Assembly: GCA_000092065.1 (NCBI GenBank)
Contig: CP000588.1
From: Ostreococcus lucimarinus
Lineage: Eukaryota
Strand: one strand, 5' to 3'
Length of the DNA stretch: 64,000 nucleotides
The notes under the pieces: generated by a model
What the model saw: the letters and a program-made list of their open reading frames with translations, nothing else
What the model was told of the DNA's origin: nothing
Databases searched by the model: none
Shown here: positions 10,101 to 18,969 of the stretch, in pieces
Numbering within the stretch: position 1 is the stretch's first letter
Layout of the letters: each line of letters begins with the position of its first letter
Made by a program: the position numbers and the translations under genes

Positions 10101-13100
10101 GATTCCATCCGAACTTGATGAGTTCCTTACGATGATTAACCAAAGTTTTGGGAACGTGACGAATAAGCAACGTGCTTAGTTGTAGCAACTGAATAAGAAG
10201 GGACTCGTTGTACAACGTGGTGTTGTCACCATCGGAGGGTTCGAGCACATCATCGACCAGTTCGTTCACGAATTCGTCAGTGACGACTTCAAGAGCCTCA
10301 CTTGACGCCTCTCCGTCTTCGTCGGCACAGCCGACGAGAACTTTCTCAAGCATTGGATTTATCAAAACCTTGAGCGCGGTGACGAGAACATCCGGATCGG
10401 CTTCGCCGCCGGCTTCGGCTTGCTCGCGAAACTCGGTTAAAAATTGTGTCAAGACTGCGTTGCGCTCTGCCGGTGTGTACACGTCGACGACTTCAGACTT
10501 TATGAATTCTCGGACGAAGGTGTAATCCACCACGCTACATTTGCAGAGCACTGGCATGATCTTAAACAGTATTTGAACCTGAGAACGATCGCCTTTGACG
10601 ACAGAAAGGAAGCACTTCACGAGATATTTGCTTTCCATCATTGCCGGAAGCGAGTTTGTATATCCGTTGAGCAAACGATCGGCCCGTTCTTCGCTGTCCC
10701 AACATTCGTCTAGTTGCGTCAATATGGCGCTCTCCTCGGAGAGCCACTTTGGCATGATTTTAACAATCGTAGATAAGAGCTTCAAGCCATTGTAGTAGGC
10801 AAGCTGTGGGTCTTTGTTCTTCTGCAAGTCTTTCATCGCGATCTTGTCGTGTTCATCTAGTTCGCCATTGGCACCAAAGATCACACGCAACAGCTTGGAA
10901 GAAGTCGCGGTGAGCGCGTTCAGAAGTTCGGCGCCTTCAGATAACTTGAGAATCTTTACGAAGAGGGAGAAGTGTTCCGGCTGGTCCAGACGCGCCAAGA
11001 AGTACGCGATCGATTCTTTCGGATACTTGCACAGAAATTTCGTAAGCGGCACGGTGTAAAGGGAGTTGGCCTCGCTGTACACACTTTCAGGGGGCATCGT
11101 CGCCTCAATCGCCATCACGTCGCGCACCAAAGGCTTGATGAAATCAAACGGCGTAAGCTTCGGCTCGTTCGCTTTTGCATCACTTTTACCGTCGCGAAGC
11201 TTCGGAAGTAAGTGAAACAAGTTGACGATCGACGCGATCAACTTCGCATCTTTCGGAGACTTTCGAATCTGTCCTGGTACACTCGGCGCGCTTGCGTCGA
11301 GCTCCAGCCAATACTTGATGTGCTCCAGCAACTTCTCACCCAGTGTCGGGCTGAACCACTCAGCTAAAAGTTCGAGTAAGTACTCCAATGCTTCTAACAG
11401 CGGAATTGTCAGCTTTGAGAGATGTTGCAAGTTCATCAAAATCGGGCTCACGGATTGCTTGAGCGTGTTCTTGTTCATGTGAGGCTTGACTTCAACCAAA
11501 CCACGCTTTGCGATAGCCACGATGTCTCCATTACGAGACGTCAAGCTCGTGAAGAGCACCGTCGAAATCCGCTCGCGCACAGCAACAATGTCGGCCGAGC
11601 TATCTGATTTTGAAAATTCAGGTGTGCTCAGGGCGGTACTCAAGACTTTCACGCACGACTGCCGAAGAGTGGACAGCGACTCGTTCTCTTGCGTCTCGAC
11701 GTTCAAAACTGTATTGTCATCACTCTCAGCGACAAGGAGCACAGCGTTAAAGAACGCGCCCGGGCTAGTTTGTACCGACATATCCTTCAATGGGATCAGC
11801 GATGGCGAACGAATCAAGCAAAAGTCGACAAACTTCACCAGTTGAATCTGGGCCAACACGTGTCGAGTCTGCAACGGCTTTTCAAGCAACACGGTCAAAT
11901 GTGACTTGGATTGCGACAAAATGCTTTCCATGGTAGTCGAGGTTCGCTCAGCGATCCCCAAAAGCGCTTTCTCGACCGCAGTACGACATGCACACGTGCT
12001 CGCTACGCTACGCAGTTCTTCAAGGAGAATTGACACACTAGCTGCAACGCCATCGCCGCTATCGCCTTCAATCACCGTCGGCGGCTCGCTTCCGCTCGGA
12101 ATGCTTCTCTCAATGATTCGCAAAAACACTTCTTCAGCTTCCTTTTTCTGCGTCATCGCGTACACTGGAAGTAGCTGAATCGCGCGCATTATCGCGGGAA
12201 GTATGTCGGGGAGACGAGACTTGAGGATAGACGTCGGCAAACTCTTGCACAATCTGTCCAAACCAGCAACACCGCCGATGATGCAGTGCGCTTCCTGTTT
12301 GTAGCAACAGTGGACCAATCGAGGCAGCAGCGCCTCAATAAAGGCTGCTAATTTAGGATAGGAACTCTCATCCACGTCCATCGTTTTCTTCTTCGACTTT
12401 TTCGGCGTCGGCTTTTTCTCCATCGTGTCTTCAGCGGCTTGAATCTCGTCAACTTCGTCTCGAGTTAAAATGAGCACCGCGTCGATAAAAGTACCTATCG
12501 TCTTCAAAGTTGCATTTAAGTGCACTTGCTTTGGAGATTCGAGCGACTTCATTAGCGCGTCTAAGAAGAGCGTCGTTTCCAAGATCTTGAGGTTCATCGA
12601 ACGCGGGCGATCGATTGAATCGTGATCCATTCTATCGGCCACAGGTTGCTCGGGCCGCACAGCGTTGCTAACGAACAACATGGCCATGTGCTCGCAAACG
12701 CTATCCATGAACGTCTCATCGGTTTCCTTCAAAGTTGGGTCGCATTCAGCAGCGATCACAGTGATGACCAACTGTTTGAAAACATTCTGCTCTGCCACAA
12801 GCTGACTCTTTGTTTTGTTACCTAATTGCGTCGAGCCCTCTGCGACGGTTGCAGAGTCAAACTTTTTCCCCCACCCGTTGGAAATTGCAGCTTCGATGGC
12901 ACTTTCTATTTGTTCTACAGACCCAGATAAAGCGTGGCCAGCGCTCAAGTTCAACGCGGAAATCAAGCACGTCCTAATAAAAGTCAACGCTTGGCGTCTG
13001 TGACGAATGAGTGCCTCGGACGCCTTGACGTTCGGGATCAGTGGCGTTGAAAGAATGTTCTGCATCAACACGATGCAACGATCCAAGGGGACCAGAAACG

Positions 13101-15741
13101 AAGTCTCTGGCTTGAACATCAAAATCATTCTCAAACCGTGCTCGGGATTACTTTTCGCATCCAACTCCAACGGACTTCTAAGAAACGCACGGTTGCGTCC
13201 ACCAAGTTTACCGATCAGTTGCATCGCCTTGGCGCCGAACGGCGACCCGCTCTGTTGAGGCTTGAGCATCGCCCACAACGCGAGCATCAACTCGGATTCC
13301 ACTTCGGCTATGCACGGGTCGAGAAACTCCGGATTCAATGAATCGACCCAGAACTCTAAAGTGCGTAGGCCTAGTAAGTTCAGTTCGTTTACTGGAGCAC
13401 GAAGCGCCTTACACAGCGGCGTCGCGAGCTTCGGTAAATGTGGAAGAATTGAAGACAGCCGCGCCGGCAGAATCAGGCACAACTCTACTACGGTGTCGTG
13501 TAACTCGTGCGGATCGGGTCCGTTCAACATCTCGAGCAAGCAGTCGAGACTGGCAGGCAAAATTGGTACGACTTCTCGGTAAAGAACGTCAAACTTGGCT
13601 TGCGCCATCGCTCGAAACAAATACCGAAGTAACCTGATGTACGCCGTAGGATTCTCGTGCTCCCGTATCGCCTGCAAGCATGATTCCATCATCGTGATGA
13701 CGTGCGAGCTCAGTACAGTTTCGCAGTTGCTATGCTTACTCACCGCATGAAGTAACAATGAGAAAAGCTTTAACACTAGCTGCGCTTCTTGTGACGATTG
13801 ATCGCTTAAGCACGACAACTTTTTCTCCAATAAGTAAGTCACAAACGCATCGGCGGCATACCGGCACAATTTCGCGTTCTGCAACAACAAATGGGGAACT
13901 TGTACCATCGTTGGCAGTTCTAACATTCCCGTGAAAAAGTGATCAAAGTGTAAGCAGATAATATCAACGAAATTTCGCGGTTCTAATACCGCCAAAGCTT
14001 CGGAAAAGTGCGTGCACATTTCTGTGCACTCCGTGCCCTTGAACAACTGCATGCACTTCACTCCGTTGCGAATAAATCCAGCCGAGCGCCTGAGCTCCAT
14101 GCTATCCAGTCCCAAGTCGGTGGGTTCAGAACCATTAAAGTTCGTAATACTCCACAGAAGTGTCTTCATACCGATTGTCAATGTTTTGATGATGGCTTTG
14201 CTATCTGAAAGCGATCTGAGCTTCTCGTGACTAGGGAGCTCTGGATCCTTCTCATCGTTAGCAGCGGCGTTCTTTGCGCCGCTCGCCGTTTCATCAACTT
14301 TTTTGCTCGCCGTTCCTTCAGCGCTGTCTACTTTAGGTGGCCCTGCAGCTTTGTCAGTTTTCGCCACCTTTGCCTTGATAGCTTTCTCTAAATCGTTCGC
14401 AGTCTCTAAGAGCTCGGGGACATTCGAACGCAGCGTTCTAAACTTTGCTACAGTGGCGTACATGATGTGCACTAAAAGATGCCGAGCCTGCTCCGCTTGG
14501 GTCTTCTCACTGCGCATGCGGAATATGGATTCTACAAGATGGTGCATCAGCCTCGCGCATGTCATGTGCGTCGACATTGGCAAAGTAGTATCTTGCATGT
14601 TCCGACTAAAGATGTGCACAGCTCGGCGAATCTGCGGTAGCGTAAGCTCCGCCTTCATATGATGCACTAGTTCAGCGAGGAACGAGTAAGCCAGCGGTCG
14701 CAAACTTTCAATGCACATTCGCCCCGTACCGACGAGGATATCATCATCCATCATCAAATCCAAATGCGCAAAGAACCGTTTGCAAAATGCAGGAACGCTC
14801 AGCACGTGGCGCGTGGCGACCAAGAGCTCCTTGCGCGTCGCTACGACATCTGGACAAGTCTTCAGCAACGAGACTATGGCGTCAGAGACCGCTTCTTGGT
14901 ACGGCTCCACTAGAGACGCGCTACCTCGAAGAAGATACGCGATGAAGCTGATCGTTTTCACTTGAGCCGCTTTCAGGTCGCAAAATATCGTTCGCATCGT
15001 CGGCGACATTGAGTCAGAATCGTGGCCTTCCAAGCTTGTAAACTTCACCATGAGCGGTATCATCGCCGATACTTCAGTCTGTATATTGCGATTGTAGAGC
15101 TGATAAAGCAACATGACGATGAGTGGACACTCTGTCATCACTTTAAACGACTCCAACGCCGGTATCTCACATGGATTCGACGGCTTCTCTTTCCGCCCGC
15201 GCTGCTTCACCGTCCCGCCCAGAATGTTCTCAACGCACTCCTCTGCCGAGGTGTATACGTCGGAAACGAACGCTAAAAACGGCGAGCGACGCTCATCCAT
15301 TGAAGGTCTAAAGTTTCGGTGCAAGTCAAAGATGATTCGCAAACATAGCAGCGCGTTCTTCTCGTTCTCCGACGCCAACGGGTCCAAAGCCAAATTCAAC
15401 AGTTCCTGCTCATACGGCCGTAGGACCTCGTTAAACGGCAATCTATTCAAAATCTCGTAAATGACATGACGCAGTGCATTCTCTTCGTCATCTACCAGCG
15501 TCGGTTCCGTCTTCTTCGTTAGGATCTCTTTGAAAATCGGGAAATAGCTCTTGAGAAAGTGCACGTATTCGCTCGTGTGCACGACTTCAATACCATCTCG
15601 CACGTTCGTCGCGATCTCTATCTGCTCGGAAGTCGACGCTGCGTTTAGCAATCGCTGTGCCTGCGCTCCATACGCCGTCTGCGCCATGATCACCGCCCTC
15701 GATCGCCCTCGAACTCGACTTGAGCACGGATTTGATGCCAA
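4156..15741 (-). CDS. TRRAP: TRRAP/Tra1 transcription-associated PIKK-family pseudokinase (3861 aa, single exon)
   Basis: Very long HEAT/FAT-repeat protein with a C-terminal PI3K-like domain ('NGNCLRRLEFLGTDGSSKQFLVQTS..') and a FATC tail ending in 'IWAPWY'. Size is typical of Tra1. An alternative start is 'MAQTAYGAQAQRLLN' (ATG 15687), 18 codons in. Confidence 0.9.
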   Translation of the reverse strand: MASNPCSSRVRGRSRAVIMAQTAYGAQAQRLLNAASTSEQIEIATNVRDGIEVVHTSEYVHFLKSYFPIFKEILTKKTEPTLVDDEENALRHVIYEILNRLPFNEVLRPYEQELLNLALDPLASENEKNALLCLRIIFDLHRNFRPSMDERRSPFLAFVSDVYTSAEECVENILGGTVKQRGRKEKPSNPCEIPALESFKVMTECPLIVMLLYQLYNRNIQTEVSAMIPLMVKFTSLEGHDSDSMSPTMRTIFCDLKAAQVKTISFIAYLLRGSASLVEPYQEAVSDAIVSLLKTCPDVVATRKELLVATRHVLSVPAFCKRFFAHLDLMMDDDILVGTGRMCIESLRPLAYSFLAELVHHMKAELTLPQIRRAVHIFSRNMQDTTLPMSTHMTCARLMHHLVESIFRMRSEKTQAEQARHLLVHIMYATVAKFRTLRSNVPELLETANDLEKAIKAKVAKTDKAAGPPKVDSAEGTASKKVDETASGAKNAAANDEKDPELPSHEKLRSLSDSKAIIKTLTIGMKTLLWSITNFNGSEPTDLGLDSMELRRSAGFIRNGVKCMQLFKGTECTEMCTHFSEALAVLEPRNFVDIICLHFDHFFTGMLELPTMVQVPHLLLQNAKLCRYAADAFVTYLLEKKLSCLSDQSSQEAQLVLKLFSLLLHAVSKHSNCETVLSSHVITMMESCLQAIREHENPTAYIRLLRYLFRAMAQAKFDVLYREVVPILPASLDCLLEMLNGPDPHELHDTVVELCLILPARLSSILPHLPKLATPLCKALRAPVNELNLLGLRTLEFWVDSLNPEFLDPCIAEVESELMLALWAMLKPQQSGSPFGAKAMQLIGKLGGRNRAFLRSPLELDAKSNPEHGLRMILMFKPETSFLVPLDRCIVLMQNILSTPLIPNVKASEALIRHRRQALTFIRTCLISALNLSAGHALSGSVEQIESAIEAAISNGWGKKFDSATVAEGSTQLGNKTKSQLVAEQNVFKQLVITVIAAECDPTLKETDETFMDSVCEHMAMLFVSNAVRPEQPVADRMDHDSIDRPRSMNLKILETTLFLDALMKSLESPKQVHLNATLKTIGTFIDAVLILTRDEVDEIQAAEDTMEKKPTPKKSKKKTMDVDESSYPKLAAFIEALLPRLVHCCYKQEAHCIIGGVAGLDRLCKSLPTSILKSRLPDILPAIMRAIQLLPVYAMTQKKEAEEVFLRIIERSIPSGSEPPTVIEGDSGDGVAASVSILLEELRSVASTCACRTAVEKALLGIAERTSTTMESILSQSKSHLTVLLEKPLQTRHVLAQIQLVKFVDFCLIRSPSLIPLKDMSVQTSPGAFFNAVLLVAESDDNTVLNVETQENESLSTLRQSCVKVLSTALSTPEFSKSDSSADIVAVRERISTVLFTSLTSRNGDIVAIAKRGLVEVKPHMNKNTLKQSVSPILMNLQHLSKLTIPLLEALEYLLELLAEWFSPTLGEKLLEHIKYWLELDASAPSVPGQIRKSPKDAKLIASIVNLFHLLPKLRDGKSDAKANEPKLTPFDFIKPLVRDVMAIEATMPPESVYSEANSLYTVPLTKFLCKYPKESIAYFLARLDQPEHFSLFVKILKLSEGAELLNALTATSSKLLRVIFGANGELDEHDKIAMKDLQKNKDPQLAYYNGLKLLSTIVKIMPKWLSEESAILTQLDECWDSEERADRLLNGYTNSLPAMMESKYLVKCFLSVVKGDRSQVQILFKIMPVLCKCSVVDYTFVREFIKSEVVDVYTPAERNAVLTQFLTEFREQAEAGGEADPDVLVTALKVLINPMLEKVLVGCADEDGEASSEALEVVTDEFVNELVDDVLEPSDGDNTTLYNESLLIQLLQLSTLLIRHVPKTLVNHRKELIKFGWNHLKREDSSSKQWAFVNISYFLQAYQAPEKIILQVFVALLRAYQPEQKSLVTEALDALTPALPLRLQPGEHKHPIWIRYTKKSLIEDGHSLPQLVHIWNLIVRHSKLFYSSRAQFVGQMVNLLSRLGLPTSSSHSNRVLSVDLVELIISWENDRITGVGSNEAEPSTTGKRKAAESPERDEEVTTPTRRGKKGTKKSKKEEAESKSPGRSKRASRSAKQTKEEEEATEEMVSDLPDTEKLKSMPKSADDQDEEKEFETSPAMAEIIVNFLVRMTFITGEGKDQDAQVLNVRTLDLLSKALAMWPSVRIKFTFIDKLLTLANQAQRDPTSTLIMGLSVLKCALKTPDYEFVTESIQQTLRLIEPSYSSASREAHGLLGEVIGEILKCNGDSNGKHDADIEELRQHIGVFYVKCTEDAIISKSSPNNDQANTSLAGILTVVESEAVFAASKIDTYLPNLMKVLARMTHELNTASAAGELQAAHPKRGQAPPEVLEPEYGSVAYCMAKCIKILSQRVIAAGSDQKQIFLRLLLQLINDKSTHGNVLMAILDAMVTWTDDLALGEGGAPEDNDTRVGSLNAKETVLFLSKLAQLTRMGLAITQTQAWEEKLLGAIYKLCAPEGKHDPAVRTEVFLKVERTHLLGLRTRRPELRKKFFALYHDAIGKSLFQRLQYILTIQDWDAMADTFWLMQGLDLILSTLAEDERIMLAPNSALITPLLPIDSETKKPLPVPAKSKNAKANPAELDDLIKRHAKFLHEKAQIRVNDLMSPLRQVATRNAHIAYYLWVLIFPIVWATLQREEQLQLAKPMIGLLSKESHLRQAAVRPNVIQALLEGISLSQPQLKIPSELSKFLGKTFNAWHTAIALLENHVVRYPQEARCFDALSELYRLLNEQDVLVGLWMQRCQSDVTRAGLSLVQHGHWQDAQDVFFKGIQLATAGQAPGVSKTEMCLWETQWLNSAKQLNQWDLISDFSRTVEHSELMVQSMWRLSDWAGVKDLMPSGTLNEIEETPEITTVRAFASLVSGRVREAEQHWANAVKSSLDRWWRLPETGSTCHIPSLHMFNAIAEVQESTRILLELSNTQRRGVQGITNNRTLVQDIMETWRLRTPNEWDPVPWWSEILMWRGNMHNIMTHAAKQIGEQNPAMLQVTQQLDQLGQRERAWSLNKFARAARKQRLPEVALNILSRHQGQVEVSEAFSKLREQCEAYLAFENEAITGINLLESASLEFFSPPQKAELFRLRAKFQEQLEDYDAAHASYSTSVSLCKQRAESWLSWGKFCRMRGDDGSISNIAQQTATCYLQAVKHNVHENRHQLIHVIQMLAFDVNPEPISLAIVRHLDALPTWVWIPWIPQLLLSLAHQEQAYALAILKDVAAAHPQAVYYQLRTCLLERRDSAARATQTARTIAEKSGATQKSSSAPGTPLPPDVAAAASRAKDANWAFEAAKEIMEHIRTRHGNLVGELEVLLSELGTKFACTPEERLLVVVYTLLHRCYKYPAATTGEVPESFKKELIGVCKACFSADTSAKHADFVEEYKASYERELNPEESTFPTTVAELMVKLKAWKQRLLNDVEDRLPATLRLEAESDQLRNVTFHEIEIPGQYSGDLTFGVTDRFVKLERIGADVHVVRRNGNCLRRLEFLGTDGSSKQFLVQTSLTPAARGEERMVQLLSTLNGVLAKHTETRRRNMCYYTPAIVPVWPQVRLLEDDDANGTYAEVYDANCARYGREADLPITLFKAALDPAILGEVTGTEEVLELRLKALMEITQKHVTENIFSQYMYKTLPSSSHLWTFKRQLSQQLAMSSFLSALLRIGGRTPNKIMFAKNTGKIFMLDFHPAFDQKGIVEYIEPVPFRLTRNLHTFFTPFGVKGDFVASMASAAQACTAPEADLEAHLELFFRDQLMVWPWRRMGGDTPPVSPSPSEIKNMARANVQEVLRRLPIIAPTPVLPDTSDTVPSVQKAVLHLVDAALNIRNVSRSAAIWAPWY

Positions 15742-16156
15742 TTGTTAGGGCAGAGGTCCGATCGGTCGAATTGCGACGAATGCTCCGCGACGAGGCGCGC
15801 GTTTTCGATCTACAATCGCGCCAATACGATCGAAGAGGGTTCTTCTTTCGTTTACCGCGGCCAATCGAAGGAGTGGGCGCGCACGCGTCGATCTAGCGCA
15901 CGATTCAGCCGGCGAATTCGCGATCGGAATTGCCGCGAGGGTTCTAGAGGGAAAATAAGCGCACAGGAATTTTAGCGGTGTCGTTCGTTGGTACAGACGA
16001 GTGTCACACAGCTCGGTACCATCGTGCTGATTGAGACGACGAACATCGTTAAGATGGGGGCTTGTTAAGTTTACAACGCGAATGTTCTACACATAGAAAA
16101 GTAAGAAGTGTGAGACGCTGAGACGTCGGCGACGTCCACAGCCACATATTAGTCTG

Positions 16157-18259
16157 TTACGCATCTTCGGAGATGTTGGTCGTCTCTTTTGACTCGTTCG
16201 TTCGAGCTGGCAGAGCATCGTTGGACGAGCTTTTCTCATCGAGCCACTCAAACTTGCACAAAACGCCAGCGCAGGACTTGCTGTCGTGTACGTATTCGTC
16301 GTCGCGCGCGAGCAACGGTACAATGCGGACGCCTTCGCGCAAAGCGCTAACGGCGACGTCGTAGTGTGCGAGGAACTCATCGCGCGCGCCATCTTTGTCC
16401 ATGGCTTGGATTTGTAGCACCGTGAGTTCGGGCTCGCGAATTTCCAAGTCAAAGTGCTCGTTCCAAATGGGTTGAGCGCACGGACCGACTCGTGCCTTGG
16501 AGTACACCGACGTTCTCATTGAATTCCCTCTGGAAGTCGCGGACAAGCGATCGGCGACGCAACCGAAGAGGGAAATCTTCATGAACGTATCCGGTGCCGA
16601 CATGAAATCGGCATCCTTGAAATTTTCCCAACCTAGTCCGCAGAAGACGTGTATGCGCAGAATTCTAGGCTTGGTCGGTCTTTGAACCGACGGGTTGATT
16701 AAATAGTCGGGCTTTTTCACGTAACCGCACCCACCGTTGACCGCAAACTTGGCTTGGTTCACCCACATATATCTGTCTTGCGCCTGAAAGTTGAGCGCGA
16801 CGAGCGATGCGCCTATGGACCACGCGTCGGAGGGATCGTAATTGTTACTCATGATGCGTTGACCGCCCGGGTACGTGCGAAGCAAATGCGCCTTGGTGAA
16901 TTCGAGCAAATCCTTTTGGCTCGACTTTTCGACTAATTTCTTGGCCTTGTTCTCGCTCCAACTGCAAGAAAACTTTGTACCGAGATCTTTCGCTTCCTTG
17001 AAACCATGAAACTTCAAATTTCGCAATGAGACGAGTGCCTTGATGTCCTCGTCGTCCTCGCCGCCGTCGTCCTCGCTCGTCCCATCGGAGTCTTCAGGAA
17101 CGCCTGCAGGCGCACTTTTGGAGAGGTTGACCACGGAGTTCGCCACCGAGAGCTTGTTTTTCCCAGTTGAAAGTGTAGCTTTGGTGCTCTCCTGTAGAAG
17201 CTTCCGAGTAGACTTAGACTTGCCCCTCGAGGATATCGCCTCGAACACTTTTCCGACGCCGAACGATGCGTTCTTGACTTCGTCTTGCTTGTGCTTCACC
17301 TTGTCCCGAATTATCACTTTACCCTTCAACTCGGCCGGCGATGGCCAGCGGTCCAACACGTATGATTCTTCTTCGCCTTCGCCTTCGCCTTTCGACGGCG
17401 GCGTCCAGAGTTTATCGCCGAACGTGTGTCGCATGATTTTCGCCATCACCGCGCGCGTCTCCCGACTCGCGTGATTCTCCAAAGTCACAATCACCGGATA
17501 CTCGCTAGCTACGTGTGCCCTGTCGTTGATAACCGCGATCGCGTCCTTAAACAACATCGGGCGCACCGCCGTCCCTCCGTGCGTGATGATCGGCCCCTTC
17601 GACCCTCCGTCGTAACAGTCCAGCTCGACGACTCTGCACCCGCGTTCGAGCGCCCACGCGATGGCCGAACTCGTCGACCTCGAGAACAACTGTCCGCCGT
17701 CCAAGTACGTATTATGCGAAGAATTCACAAAATAGTGCGACAATTCATCCGTCATCGACGCCTCGTCCACCTCCGAGCGCGCGAACGGAAAATTCTTCTC
17801 GCTCGTCAGCGCCCGCTTCGCGAACTTTCGCATCTTCACCGCGCCCTCCTCCGCCTCCCCGCAACGCTCGATCACCGCCTCCGCCTCCTCCCGCGTCATC
17901 CCCTGCGTCGTCATCATAAACTCCATCGCCTTCTCTATCGACACGCGCGCGTCCCTCCCTTCGCCCGTCGTTCCCTCGCGCAAGCGCGCATCCAGGACGC
18001 GCCAATCGAATTCGGCGTTGAACGCGATTCGCCGCGCGTCCCACCCTTGCCCGGACGTCCTGCGCGCCGTGACGCACGCCGACGCGCAGACGCCCATCGC
18101 GGACCCCGTGCGCGCGCGCGCGTCCGTCCCACCGCGCGCGCGGCGTTCTGCGCCGACGAACGCGTCCCGCGCGCGGGCGCCCGGAGACGCAACGGTCGAC
18201 GGTTCGATCGATCGATCGATCGCGCGATGTCTTCGCGAACCTCGCGTCGAGGGATACAT
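16157..18259 (-). CDS. Phosphoinositide-specific phospholipase C (X and Y catalytic domains plus C-terminal C2)
   Basis: PI-PLC X box 'HYFVNSSHNTYLDGGQLFSRSTSSAIAWALERGCRVVELDCYDG'. Y box 'LVALNFQAQDRYMWVNQAKFAVNGGCGYVKKPDYL'. C2-like tail. The first 136 codons of ORF 16157..18667 are Arg-rich low complexity and probably not coding. Start placed at 'MYPSTRG' (18259); an alternative is 'MGVCASAC' (18097), which has a myristoylation/palmitoylation-like motif. Confidence 0.8.
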   Translation of the reverse strand: MYPSTRGSRRHRAIDRSIEPSTVASPGARARDAFVGAERRARGGTDARARTGSAMGVCASACVTARRTSGQGWDARRIAFNAEFDWRVLDARLREGTTGEGRDARVSIEKAMEFMMTTQGMTREEAEAVIERCGEAEEGAVKMRKFAKRALTSEKNFPFARSEVDEASMTDELSHYFVNSSHNTYLDGGQLFSRSTSSAIAWALERGCRVVELDCYDGGSKGPIITHGGTAVRPMLFKDAIAVINDRAHVASEYPVIVTLENHASRETRAVMAKIMRHTFGDKLWTPPSKGEGEGEEESYVLDRWPSPAELKGKVIIRDKVKHKQDEVKNASFGVGKVFEAISSRGKSKSTRKLLQESTKATLSTGKNKLSVANSVVNLSKSAPAGVPEDSDGTSEDDGGEDDEDIKALVSLRNLKFHGFKEAKDLGTKFSCSWSENKAKKLVEKSSQKDLLEFTKAHLLRTYPGGQRIMSNNYDPSDAWSIGASLVALNFQAQDRYMWVNQAKFAVNGGCGYVKKPDYLINPSVQRPTKPRILRIHVFCGLGWENFKDADFMSAPDTFMKISLFGCVADRLSATSRGNSMRTSVYSKARVGPCAQPIWNEHFDLEIREPELTVLQIQAMDKDGARDEFLAHYDVAVSALREGVRIVPLLARDDEYVHDSKSCAGVLCKFEWLDEKSSSNDALPARTNESKETTNISEDA

Positions 18260-18351
18260 GTGCGCGTCGAACCTCGACGCGAGGTTCGCGAGGACACCGC
18301 GGCGTCGATCGCGGTCGCGCGCGGCGTCGCGATCGACGATCGCGCGCGGCA

Positions 18352-18416
18352 GACGACGACGACGACGACGACGACGACGATGGCGACGGCGACGGCGACG
18401 GCGACGGTGGTTCGAC
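18352..18416. repeat. (GAC)n / (GGCGAC)n trinucleotide/hexanucleotide microsatellite in the PLC-FHA divergent spacer
   Basis: Directly visible: 'gacgacgacgacgacgacgacgacgacgatggcgacggcgacggcgacggcgacgg'. Confidence 0.8.
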
Positions 18417-18535
18417 CGACGCGCGCGACGACGCGACGGGCGGCGACGCGCGCGACGACGCGCGCGCGCGCGGCGCGCGAGGGCGACGCGAACGCGCGCG
18501 CGCGGTTCGAGCTGCGAAACTGCGGGGACAAATCG

Positions 18536-18874
18536 ATGGCGCACCTGGACGCGCCGGTGCGCGCGCCGGGAGATCTGACGATCGAGGCGACGAAGAGCGT
18601 GATCGGACGACAGCGGTCGGAGGCGGTGAACCTGCCGATCGAGGTGCCGACGGTGAGCGGGGCGCACGCGATGATCGATTTGGTGGACGGGAAGGTGATG
18701 GTGACGGATTTGACGTCGACGAACGGGACGTTTATCGATGGGGAGGAGCTGTTGCCGGGCGTGCCGACGCAGTTGGTGGTGGGGGGGGAGGTGATTTTTG
18801 GGGATGAGTTTCTCGCGCGGTTCGAGCTGGTGGAGACGGCGGACGAGGGGAGCGGCGACGACGCCGCGGATTGA
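18536..18874 (+). CDS. Small FHA-domain protein (~112 aa)
   Basis: 'LTIEATKSVIGRQRSEAVNLPIEVPTVSGAHAMIDLVDGKVMVTDLTSTNGTFIDGEELLPGVPTQLVVGGEVIFGDEF' matches the FHA consensus (GR...S..HA...TD.S.NGT..NG...L..GD.I.FG). The upstream part of ORF 17426..18874 is antisense to PLC and low complexity, so the start is set at 'MAHLDAP'. Confidence 0.6.
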   Translation: MAHLDAPVRAPGDLTIEATKSVIGRQRSEAVNLPIEVPTVSGAHAMIDLVDGKVMVTDLTSTNGTFIDGEELLPGVPTQLVVGGEVIFGDEFLARFELVETADEGSGDDAAD

Positions 18875-18969
18875 CTGCTGCGCGGCGTGTTTCGATCGCG
18901 AAGAGACGCGCCGAAGGAGATGTAATGTTATGTTCTCATTAAAAGTACATAGATATGTGCATCGCGTTA

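Noticed and set aside
18260-18667. N-terminal 136 codons of the PLC ORF ('[19 protein letters not shown]...')
   Set aside because: Poly-Arg low complexity encoded by (gtcgtcgcc)n antisense repeats, upstream of plausible Met starts. Treated as 5' UTR or spacer rather than protein.
17426-18874. 482-aa + strand ORF containing poly-Thr and Arg-rich tracts
   Set aside because: Only the last ~112 codons (FHA domain, from ATG 18536) look like a real protein. The rest lies antisense to the PLC gene and across the (GAC)n microsatellite and is low-complexity Arg/Thr, typical of GC-rich frame artefacts.
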